From assembly GCA_037445875.1 (NCBI GenBank), contig JBBIJR010000001.1, positions 4,429-68,428 on the forward strand: a stretch of DNA of 64,000 nucleotides, written 5' to 3'. This document shows positions 47,570-56,060 of the stretch, one piece after another (position 1 is the first letter of the stretch; every line of letters begins with the position of its first letter). A program made the translations under genes and the position numbers. Below the pieces are notes generated by a model. It had not been told where the DNA came from and ran no database searches. It worked only from the letters and a program-made list of their open reading frames with translations. Source of the DNA: Bacteroidota bacterium. GTDB taxonomy: Bacteria > CLD3 > SB21.

Positions 47570-49492
47570 TCATCGGACCAAGGCCATCTTTATCGTTCGC
47601 GTCTGTCGTCCGACCCGCAGGCGGCAGAAGTAAACCCCGCTGGCCAAGGCGCGGCCCGAACGGTCGCGACCGTCCCAGACCACGACGTGCGGTCCGGCAT
47701 TCTGGGTATCGCTTACGAGCGTCGAGACATGCTGTCCCAATGCGTTGTAGATGGACAGCGTCACAGGGCCGGCCATCGAAAGATCATAATGAATGCGCGT
47801 AGTGGGATTGAACGGATTCGGGAAATTCTGGTGCAGGCTGAAGAGCCAAAGGCGTCCCGTCTCGCGGCCGACGGACACTGGTTGGGTTGTCCACTCGGCT
47901 TGTTCCATCAAATGTCCATAGTGAGGTGGGAGGATGTCCTCGAGCGGCCGTCCGTAGCCGTCCAGGGTCCACGCTTTGGCATCGACGACCGCGCGGAACG
48001 CGCGGCGGTAGATCAGCCGGGCTCGGACGCGATAGGACTGCGATGAATCCGGGATCGAAAACGTATAGGTCGTGGTGTCGGAAGCGAACGGCGCAATTCG
48101 ATCGTCGGATACGATACCCGTCGCGTCGGTGTAAAAGACGGGGCTCGCGCCCGTGGAATCGTGATTGATTTTGCCGTAGAATTTACCGGGAAGACCGGCA
48201 TAATACCCAAGATGTGGATCGCCAACGCCGCCGAGCGGGTGAACGGTTTGAGATCCTGTGAACACGAGCGCCGTCGAATCCGTTTCACGCCACGCCTCAA
48301 CGAGCAGGATCATGTTGCGGAAAGTTACTCCGGTCGGCACATGGTGTCCCGTCGCATGGTTGGTGATGACCCCTTCCACGCGGAGCGTCGTATCGTCCTT
48401 TTCGACGTGAAGGTCCAGCGTGACGGCATTTTCCAGGTACCACGCCGTCGTACCTTCGAACCAATGACTGCGAATCGTCGATGAATCGCGAACGACCGGG
48501 TCAACCGTGCAGATTTGGGTCGCACCGTAGGAGGGCATATGGCACGTCACACACGTGGCGAAGTGGGCGGAGGACGTGTCGGCGTAGGGACTTGCCAGCC
48601 ATTCCAGGTACGTGGGCTCGGAAATGACACCGTTGGGTTCTTCAAAATCACCGTCATCGTCCGGATCGTTCTTGTCTTGATGACACGACGCGCATACGGC
48701 GGCCGTGAGCTGGGGTTGGTACGAAGGACGCATTAATGGCGCGGTAAAGTAACTGACGTCTCCGAGCACCCCATATTGGACCTGGCTAGAAACGGGAGAT
48801 GGTCGGGTAAAGGTGACGACGCCCGGATAGATGCCGGGAAAATTTGTTCTGGTTTCATCTATGTGCGCGATCTTGTGGCATACCTCGCAGGACACGCCGG
48901 CGAGCGCATTGGCGGAAGGACTGTTGAAATCGTCGAGCAGCGTGAAAGGATCGTCAATCCAGACCTGCGGCTGATGGCAGGACGCACATTCGGAATTTGG
49001 ATTGATGCTCGCATGGTGGGAGTCCCGTGTATAGACAAAACCTCCCATGCCGCCCGATGTGCCGGTACCGTTATAGATGTCGTACACCCATGTATTCAAC
49101 CCGGCATGAGCCATGGCGGATGTGGTCCATTGACTCCATTGATCCGGGTGACAGGCGCCGCACGTCGATGGATCCATGAACGTGTAGGAATTGTTGGTAT
49201 CCTGGGGGACACGTTCCATCACAAGGAGCAAACTGTCTTCAGGTGTGCTGGTTATGGCAGAGCCATTGTAAAAGGCCGGTTTGGCCCCGACGACAACAAG
49301 AGAGGTCCCGCTCGCCTCGGCCAGATGGAAATATCCGTTGGAGTCGGTGGTCGTTCGAATCGTGGTGGCCCGAACAGAAACCAAGGCGCCGACCACAGGG
49401 CTCATATTGCCCTCTTCTTTCAACCAGCCCGATACCTGGGCAAAAACCGACGATGGCCATAGAGTCAATACCAGCATGAACCGAAGACTCAT
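47570..49492 (-). CDS. T9SS-sorted multiheme (pentaheme) c-type cytochrome with N-terminal carboxypeptidase-regulatory-like domain
   Basis: Signal peptide MSLRFMLVLTLWPSSVFAQ. Five CxxCH motifs: CGACH, CASCH, CEVCH, CASCH, CVTCH. C-terminal Por secretion tail (NFPNPFNPTTRIHYDL...LSIYNALGQHVSTL...GVYFCRLRVGRQTRTIKMALVR). Confidence 0.75.
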   Translation of the reverse strand: MSLRFMLVLTLWPSSVFAQVSGWLKEEGNMSPVVGALVSVRATTIRTTTDSNGYFHLAEASGTSLVVVGAKPAFYNGSAITSTPEDSLLLVMERVPQDTNNSYTFMDPSTCGACHPDQWSQWTTSAMAHAGLNTWVYDIYNGTGTSGGMGGFVYTRDSHHASINPNSECASCHQPQVWIDDPFTLLDDFNSPSANALAGVSCEVCHKIAHIDETRTNFPGIYPGVVTFTRPSPVSSQVQYGVLGDVSYFTAPLMRPSYQPQLTAAVCASCHQDKNDPDDDGDFEEPNGVISEPTYLEWLASPYADTSSAHFATCVTCHMPSYGATQICTVDPVVRDSSTIRSHWFEGTTAWYLENAVTLDLHVEKDDTTLRVEGVITNHATGHHVPTGVTFRNMILLVEAWRETDSTALVFTGSQTVHPLGGVGDPHLGYYAGLPGKFYGKINHDSTGASPVFYTDATGIVSDDRIAPFASDTTTYTFSIPDSSQSYRVRARLIYRRAFRAVVDAKAWTLDGYGRPLEDILPPHYGHLMEQAEWTTQPVSVGRETGRLWLFSLHQNFPNPFNPTTRIHYDLSMAGPVTLSIYNALGQHVSTLVSDTQNAGPHVVVWDGRDRSGRALASGVYFCRLRVGRQTRTIKMALVR

Positions 49493-50477
49493 GTCAATCT
49501 CCCGGATTGGATGCCGATGCGTACAGTTTGCCCGTGGACGAATCGCCAATACGTCTGTACATCCCTATTCCTTCGGGCCGCACGTCATGGTTTCACATGG
49601 TTGATCGCTGCGTTACTCGTCCCAAAACCGATCCATCTCCTCGAGGGTCGAATCCTTCATTTCGCGGTTCATCTCCGGCTCGTTTTCTCTCCGCACACCG
49701 CCCGGAGGAAGGAAATGTCCGTCACGTCTTTCATGGGCGCGAGACACAGCGGAGTGTCGATGTCAATCGGGCCGATGCGCAAGGAATTAGCATACGGAAA
49801 TAGCGGCTGAATATCAACACGCACAGGGACGGATCGAGCAAAGAAAAGTCCCGGCCTTACGCCCGATGGCCTCATCAACCAGCGCCGGCCTTGTCAGGTT
49901 GCCCTTGCCTTTGCATGGGCCTTTTCCTATTTTCTCCCAAGGGAGAGATACCGGAAGAAACACGCAGCCGGTGTCCTCTTATCTTTGGATTCACACCGGC
50001 CGGTATCCTTCCACGGAATAGAGCCTTCTTCTTAAGGAGGCCCGTGATAAAACGGGTGAAAACATCGCTGGCGATCTGCTCGTCGTCTTGTCGTGTGATA
50101 TGGTTTCGATTGCCGCACGGTCAACGTGATCGAAGGAATCGTCGTTCGCGCGTATTCGTATCTTCCCGTCGCTTGCGCGCGCGTGCGCATCCAGGGCTAA
50201 AATGAATTCGTGCTGACCGTCACGGATGGGCACTTCACGCTCGTCACCGACCTCGACCATGGAACGAACGTCAAGATGACGGCAGGCAACACCCAACTGA
50301 CCGACCAGTGGCGCGAGTCCAAACACTCCCGGGCCGTCTCTAATCCGATATTCCTGCAGATCTACAACGGCACGGACGTCAACGGCACGTCAGGGGTGTA
50401 TCCGATCCTGTGGAGGAAACCGGCGACAACATCATCGTCAACAACAGCGACGGCCATTGCGCCTTTTATTTGCTGCC

Positions 50478-50630
50478 GCCGAACCGCGGCTCGCCGTGGC
50501 CGGACCGATGACCCTGGCGGCGTTCTGTTTGCACAAGAAGTTTGATAAACTCCGGAGCCTCAAACCGGCAAAGGAACCTTCGTGAAATTCGAATACTCCG
50601 AGTGGCGGGCGGATCTCATCAAGCAGAACA
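50478..50630. repeat. Direct repeat copy 2 (153 bp), covering the start of the intact vWA gene
   Basis: See copy 1. The flanks differ on both sides (47330-47338 vs 50469-50477; 47492 onward vs 50631 onward). Confidence 0.8.
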
Positions 50631-51676
50631 TGAAGTTCGAGGATCTGCTCAACTTGTTCAACCAGCTGTTGCTGTACACCAACGGCGATGTGGCCGAGGC
50701 CCTTCGATGGATGACGGAACTCGACAAGCACCATCACATTTTCTCCGGCGAAATGGGCTTCGACGAGTTTTACCAGCGACTGAAGGACGAGGGTTACATC
50801 CGGGAAGAATCACCGGACCGGCCGGTGCTGACACCCAGGGGTGAAAAGAAGATCCGGCAGGACTCGCTGGACGAGATCTTCTCTTCGCTGAAGAAATCGC
50901 CGCACGGACTGCACGAAACGCCGCATACGGGCAAGGGCGTCGAGCGTCTGAGCGAAACAAAACCGTACCAATTCGGCGATCCCCCTTCGAATATCGACCT
51001 GATGGCCACGATCAGCAACGCGATGAAACACAGTACGTACGACGAGATCGATCTGCGCGAGGACGATTTTGAGGTATACGAAAGCGAGCACCTCACGTCC
51101 TGTGCGACCGTCCTGGCGATCGACACCAGCCACAGCATGGTGTTGTACGGCGAGGATCGTATCACGCCGGCCAAGAAGGTCGCGCTCGCGCTGGTGGAAC
51201 TCATCCTGAGCCGGTATCCGAAGGACAGTCTCGATGTGATCACCTTCGGAGACGACGCTCAGCCCATCGACCCGGAGGACATCCCGTACATCGAGGTCGG
51301 CCCCTTTCACACCAACACCAAAGCGGGGTTGCGTCTCGCGCGCCAGCTCCTGCGAAAGCGGCGCAACCGCAACCGGCAGATCTTCATGATCACCGACGGA
51401 AAACCGTCCTGTATATGGGAAGAGGGCCGTCTCTACAAGAACCCCTTCGGGCTCGACCGAAAGATCATCAACCAGACCCTCCAGGAGGCCGCCCAGTGCC
51501 GCAAGGACGAAGTCGTGATTTCTACGTTCATGATCGCGGATGATCCTTCCTTGACGCGCTTTGTGGACACTTTGACCAAAGTCAACAAGGGGCGCGCCTT
51601 CTACGCAGGCCTCAGCGAACTGGGCCAGTACATTTTTGTGGACTACATACGGAACCGGCGGAAGAATCTGAGGTAA
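50582..51676 (+). CDS. von Willebrand factor A (vWA) domain protein, CoxE/ChlD-like
   Basis: MIDAS motif LAIDTSHSM with downstream T and D residues (ITDGKPS). GTG start preceded by aaaggaacc; alternative ATG at 50630. Confidence 0.75.
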   Translation: MKFEYSEWRADLIKQNMKFEDLLNLFNQLLLYTNGDVAEALRWMTELDKHHHIFSGEMGFDEFYQRLKDEGYIREESPDRPVLTPRGEKKIRQDSLDEIFSSLKKSPHGLHETPHTGKGVERLSETKPYQFGDPPSNIDLMATISNAMKHSTYDEIDLREDDFEVYESEHLTSCATVLAIDTSHSMVLYGEDRITPAKKVALALVELILSRYPKDSLDVITFGDDAQPIDPEDIPYIEVGPFHTNTKAGLRLARQLLRKRRNRNRQIFMITDGKPSCIWEEGRLYKNPFGLDRKIINQTLQEAAQCRKDEVVISTFMIADDPSLTRFVDTLTKVNKGRAFYAGLSELGQYIFVDYIRNRRKNLR

Positions 51677-51736
51677 CGCCCCACCACGCACACACACGCC
51701 TTACCCGATGTAGCGGCCGAGGCTCGGTCTCTGAAG

Positions 51737-52246
51737 CTATTTCTCGGCCAACAACTTGAATTCAGGCAGTCTCATCCTGTATTCCTTGCGTACGGACTCA
51801 GTCGTCTCATCCGCGTTCGGTTGGTCATCGGAATACGAGTCCGTCAGCTGGAGCGTCGTCGTGCCCCCTGTGCCCGATTGGAGGAAGAACCGAATGGAGC
51901 AGACGTAGTGTCCCTTGTCCGGTTCCCAGATGAACCGGAGTTCCTCGCCCGCTTTGGCAAAGGACACGATCATCGTTCCGTGGTCCCCGGCCAGCGTGCC
52001 TGCGGCATGATCACCCACCACGGCCAGCGAAACGCCTTTCCCATCGTCGAACGTGAACTGGCTCAGCGTGCGGATTCCATCCGGTGACGTCAACCGGGAC
52101 CAGACCTTGTCTGCCGCGGCCTTGATTTCTATCTTTACCGAGACCGATACGAAAGCACTCTTCTTCGTGGGCATGTCCTGCGGAACGGAGCCGCCCGTCT
52201 GACAGCTCCCCAGCAGGACAAAAGCAAAAAAGGTTGCAGTGCGCAT
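51737..52246 (-). CDS. Hypothetical lipoprotein, SRPBCC/AHSA1-like fold suspected
   Basis: Signal peptide with lipobox (FAFVLLGSCQTG). ~150-aa body with an alpha/beta pattern resembling activator-of-Hsp90 ATPase / polyketide-cyclase-like proteins; weak. Confidence 0.45.
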   Translation of the reverse strand: MRTATFFAFVLLGSCQTGGSVPQDMPTKKSAFVSVSVKIEIKAAADKVWSRLTSPDGIRTLSQFTFDDGKGVSLAVVGDHAAGTLAGDHGTMIVSFAKAGEELRFIWEPDKGHYVCSIRFFLQSGTGGTTTLQLTDSYSDDQPNADETTESVRKEYRMRLPEFKLLAEK

Positions 52247-52543
52247 GAACTTGCTCCTCATGGGTTGGTTGATGACGTGAGTGTGATCCAGCGGTGGCCT
52301 TGCCTGGATGGAAAAGCCGACCGTCCTTTTCTGAAGCCTCAGCCGGTGTGGAAATGTACTGAACACCCATCCGTATTGCAAGCTCGTCGCTCCGAACGCT
52401 TCCAGACATAATACTTGACACTTCGAACCTCTCCGAGTTATTCTAAGGATGGCTGTCCGCATCCGATCAGGAGGGTCGAGGTTCGGTCCCGCCCTTGCTC
52501 TTTCGCGCATCGTTCGAGGATAACCACTGTCCTTCACAAAAAT

Positions 52544-53854
52544 ATGCCGGGTATGAGTTCCATCATCCGCCTTTTGCCCATCGCAGGTTTGTTACTGATG
52601 CCGGTTCTTCATGCGCAGACTACGATCGAATTTGATCGTATCACGCTCGAGCAGGGTTTGTCCATGAATACGGTCAACGCGATCGTACAGGATGCAGACG
52701 GATTCATCTGGTTCGCCACGTCAAACGGGTTGAATCGCTACGACGGCCACTCGATCACGATCTGGCACAACGATCCCGCGGACAGCCAGAGTCTTCCGTT
52801 CCCTCGCGTGCAGGTCGCCTGCATGGATGCGCGCGGGCGACTGTGGGTTGGCACGTTCGGAGGCGGGATTGGCCTGCTGGACGAAGGGACCGGGACGTTC
52901 CGGAATATCCGGAGGAACGGCGCTCCGCACGGTCTTACGTCCAACTATATACGCAGCCTCCACACTTCGGACGCGGATCCCGATATCTTGTGGGTCGGCA
53001 CAAACGACGCGGGAGTATGTGCGCTGGACCTGAACCGAATGGAGTTCCTCACGCTTCCACCGTTGCCTCAGACCGCCGTCATCCATTCGCTGGTTTCCGA
53101 CGAGCATCGGAACCTGTGGTCGGGCACCAGCCGCGGGCTGATGCTTTTCGATCGTTCGGCCGGGCGCTGGCTCCCGTTCGCTCTGAGCGACGGACCCGCT
53201 CCCCAGGTCTTTGCCACGGCAAGGGACGCGCGAGGCACGCTGTGGCTGGGAACCGATCGAGGATTGATGGAGTGGGACACGCGCGCGCGGAGGGTGGTGC
53301 GCATCTTTACCTACCATCCCCATGCGCCGGCATCGCTGTCCAACAATCAGGTCTGGGCGATCGCTTCCGATACTTCCGCCGGCATCCTGTGGGTCGGTAC
53401 CGACAACGGGCTCAACCGGATATACACATCCTCCGGCCGTGTCGATCGTTTCATGCACGATCCCCTCAATCCCCGCAGCGTGGCTCACAACATCACCTGG
53501 GCGTTGTACCGCGACCGTGCGGGTGACATTTGGGGAGGAACGTACGGCGGAGGCGCCTATCGAATCGACAGGGCCAAGGAGACCTTCCATCACATCCGGG
53601 TCGATCCAGGCGCGCCTATCAGTATCTCCGCCAATGACGTCTATTCGTTGTTTGAAGACCGCCTCGGTTACCTGTGGGTGGGGACGGACGCTGGTTTGGA
53701 CGTCCTGCATCGTGGCGACCGGAAGCGACGGATTTACCCGGCTCTTCGATTCGGTGCGTTTCCACGGATTCCTCGTTCTTTTCTTGAAGACCGCGACGGC
53801 CACGTTTGGATTGGAACCATCGGATCCGGGCTGTCCCTCCGCGGCCGTATCTAA
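52544..53854 (+). CDS. Truncated two-component regulator propeller (Reg_prop) protein lacking Y_Y_Y and kinase domains
   Basis: Signal peptide plus ~9 Reg_prop repeats homologous to the N-terminus of the 8374..11646 sensor kinase (FIWFATSNGLNRYDG, LWVGTFGGGIGLLD, ...). It ends abruptly at GSGLSLRGRI* without a TM or kinase, so it is probably a gene fragment. Confidence 0.6.
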   Translation: MPGMSSIIRLLPIAGLLLMPVLHAQTTIEFDRITLEQGLSMNTVNAIVQDADGFIWFATSNGLNRYDGHSITIWHNDPADSQSLPFPRVQVACMDARGRLWVGTFGGGIGLLDEGTGTFRNIRRNGAPHGLTSNYIRSLHTSDADPDILWVGTNDAGVCALDLNRMEFLTLPPLPQTAVIHSLVSDEHRNLWSGTSRGLMLFDRSAGRWLPFALSDGPAPQVFATARDARGTLWLGTDRGLMEWDTRARRVVRIFTYHPHAPASLSNNQVWAIASDTSAGILWVGTDNGLNRIYTSSGRVDRFMHDPLNPRSVAHNITWALYRDRAGDIWGGTYGGGAYRIDRAKETFHHIRVDPGAPISISANDVYSLFEDRLGYLWVGTDAGLDVLHRGDRKRRIYPALRFGAFPRIPRSFLEDRDGHVWIGTIGSGLSLRGRI

Positions 53855-54028
53855 GCCGGCCCCATCTTCATGGGATTTCCCACCCGTCCTCTTTCCTCTA
53901 TTTTTTGTGTGATTCAAGTCGTTCCGAGGACCTGTCTGTAAACCCGACGCACTTCAGTTTCGTTCCGGATTGCTCGGAGTAAGCCATCAATCGTTCTGCT
54001 AACTAAGAAGCTAACTAAGGAGTATGCC

Positions 54029-55792
54029 ATGAAAGCCCTCTGTGCGTTGTTTCTGCTGAGTGTGACGCCCATCTACGCCGCCTTCGGTCAATGGGTAACG
54101 GGCGGGCCCGATGGGGCCACGGTGAACTGTGTGACTATCGATGGTTCGAATGTCTTTGTGGGAACGGCCACCACCGGGCCATTTCGGTCCACGAATGGCG
54201 GCTCGGCCTGGACGGCCGCCAATCAAGGAATCGGAGACGTGTACGTCTACGCGATCCTGATAGACGGGAGCAACGCGTTCGCCGCTACCAACGACGGCGC
54301 GTATCTGTCCACCGATGACGGGGTAACCTGGATCGGAATCAACAACGGCCTGACCAACCAGTTCGTCAACGCCATCGCTCTCAGCGGTCCCGTGCTCTAT
54401 GCCGGAACCAACGCTGGCGTGTTCAAATCCACCGACAACGGTTCTAGTTGGACGGAAATCAACAACGGACTAACCAATACGTTGGTAAACGCCGTCGCCG
54501 TCACCGGTCCAACGGTCTTCGCAGGAACAAGCGGCGGCGCATTTATCTCCACCAATGAAGGATCCACGTGGGTGGAGTCGGACAGCGGGTTGACCGCCGT
54601 GTATGTGACGGCGTTCACCGTGAGCGGATCCAACGTCTACGCGGGAACGTTCGACGGCGGTGTCTTCGTTTCTACAAACGGCGGAATCAGTTGGAGTCCT
54701 TCCAACGCGGGACTGACGTCCACCAGCGTACTATCGTTGGCTTCCGAAGGATCTACCGTCGTGGCCGGGACGAGCACGAGCGGCGCCTTTCTATCGACGG
54801 ACAATGGCGCCAACTGGAATGCCATCACCAACGGACTCACAACGCCCGATGTTCGTGGTATCGACTTAAACGGCTCGACCCTCGTTGCCGGCACGACTGG
54901 AGGAGTGTTCGTTTCAACCAACGGAGGGTCTAGCTGGCAAGTCTCGAATGGCGGGCTGGTGGGCACGATTGTTTGGGCCATGGCAACCGAGGGTTCGACT
55001 CTATTCGTGGGCACGCAGGCGTATGGTATCTCCGTTTCTTCCAATGACGGATTGAGCTGGACGACAGCTAACAACGGTCTCTCGAGTCCCACCGTTCGGT
55101 CGTTCACCGTGAATCCATCCGGCGTCTTTGCCGGAACTCAAGATGCCGGTGTTTACCGTTCTACCGACGCCGGGGCAACCTGGTTTGCTGCCAACGGCGG
55201 AATCACAAGCTCCGGTGTCATCGCCCTGACGACCAGCGGCTCGAATCTGTTTGCCGGGTCGAACACGGGGGCTTATCGGTCCACCGATAACGGTGCCAAC
55301 TGGACCGCGGTCAACTCGGGATTAACGGATACATACGTCACTTCACTGCTCTCGACAGGATCAACCGTTCTGGCAGGAACCCAGAGCGGCGGAGTGTTCC
55401 GAACGACCGATAACGGCGCGAATTGGATCGATGCCAACAACGGGCTGACCTATCCGGCCATTCGCACGCTGGCGGTGAACGGTCCAATCGTGTACGTCGG
55501 AACGCAAGGCGGCATCTTCACGTCGACCGATGAGGGAGTTAGCTGGAATCTGCTTTCGTATGTGACGAACGTTAACAGCTTTGCTTTTTCAGGGACGGCC
55601 ATCCTGGCGGCTGTCGGCGGTTATGGAATGCTCCTCTCCACGGACGGCGGAGCCAATTGGGATTTCATAAACGAAGGTCTGCCGACTTGCGGGTCCTGTC
55701 CGCTGCGGTATTTTTGCACTTTCAGCAACAACGCGCGAAGAATCCGGCGCTTCGTATTACGGAATCATGGAACTGTCGGGAAATGTGGGTGA
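54029..55792 (+). CDS. Secreted BNR/Ycf48-like repeat beta-propeller protein
   Basis: aaggag RBS, signal peptide, and ~13 tandem ~40-aa repeats of the form (F.STD.G.SW...N.GLT...V..L...G....AGT..G). The ORF leaves this pattern after ...FINEGLPT and ends in non-protein-like sequence, suggesting a frame disruption near 55680-55767. Confidence 0.6.
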   Translation: MKALCALFLLSVTPIYAAFGQWVTGGPDGATVNCVTIDGSNVFVGTATTGPFRSTNGGSAWTAANQGIGDVYVYAILIDGSNAFAATNDGAYLSTDDGVTWIGINNGLTNQFVNAIALSGPVLYAGTNAGVFKSTDNGSSWTEINNGLTNTLVNAVAVTGPTVFAGTSGGAFISTNEGSTWVESDSGLTAVYVTAFTVSGSNVYAGTFDGGVFVSTNGGISWSPSNAGLTSTSVLSLASEGSTVVAGTSTSGAFLSTDNGANWNAITNGLTTPDVRGIDLNGSTLVAGTTGGVFVSTNGGSSWQVSNGGLVGTIVWAMATEGSTLFVGTQAYGISVSSNDGLSWTTANNGLSSPTVRSFTVNPSGVFAGTQDAGVYRSTDAGATWFAANGGITSSGVIALTTSGSNLFAGSNTGAYRSTDNGANWTAVNSGLTDTYVTSLLSTGSTVLAGTQSGGVFRTTDNGANWIDANNGLTYPAIRTLAVNGPIVYVGTQGGIFTSTDEGVSWNLLSYVTNVNSFAFSGTAILAAVGGYGMLLSTDGGANWDFINEGLPTCGSCPLRYFCTFSNNARRIRRFVLRNHGTVGKCG

Positions 55793-56057
55793 ACAGGTTG
55801 TTGACGCCTCCCCCGCATTGGCACGAACGTTCACGGGAAATCACGGCGACGGGGCACTCAGTACGAACGGCTATGCCAACCAATCCAACTGGGTCGGGCT
55901 TGCAAGCGGAGAGGTCACTTCGGCTGCGGGCTCAACGTTCCGCGGGGGATATTGGGTGACCTCCGCTAGCGGATTGGTGACCTCAGTCCGGGTTTCCTTT
56001 GAAGTAGGTTCGCGAACAGCACAATTCGGATTTCGCGGCGTAAGAACGGCGCCCTAG
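55668..56057 (+). pseudogene. C-terminal fragment of an FGE-sulfatase / C-type-lectin-fold (DUF323 or Fib_succ_major-like) domain
   Basis: Hand translation of frame 0 from 55668 gives ...GASYYGIMELSGNVGEQVVD...NWVGLASG...TFRGGYWVTSA...SVRVSFEVGSRTAQFGFRGVRTAP*. This matches the C-terminal half of FGE-like domains (YDMSGNVWEWV ... RGGSW ... GFRCV). The N-terminal half of the domain is absent. Confidence 0.45.
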
Positions 56058-56060
56058 TTC

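Noticed and set aside
49641-49670. gggtcgaatcc, resembling a tRNA T-arm/T-loop
   Set aside because: U54 is replaced by G. No D-loop, anticodon stem or acceptor complementarity could be found in the preceding 60 nt, so it is not a tRNA.
47500-50470. Search for an integrase, transposase or recombinase that would mark the repeat-bracketed segment as a classical mobile element
   Set aside because: None of the ORFs in or next to the segment shows tyrosine or serine recombinase or DDE motifs. The segment is therefore described as a repeat-flanked insertion and not as a defined mobile element.
50210-50545. 111-aa ORF whose 3' end runs into the right-hand direct repeat
   Set aside because: Its C-terminus is simply the repeat sequence read in another frame, identical to the tail of ORF 47179..47409. 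It has a GTG start, no RBS and no motifs, so it is probably not a gene.
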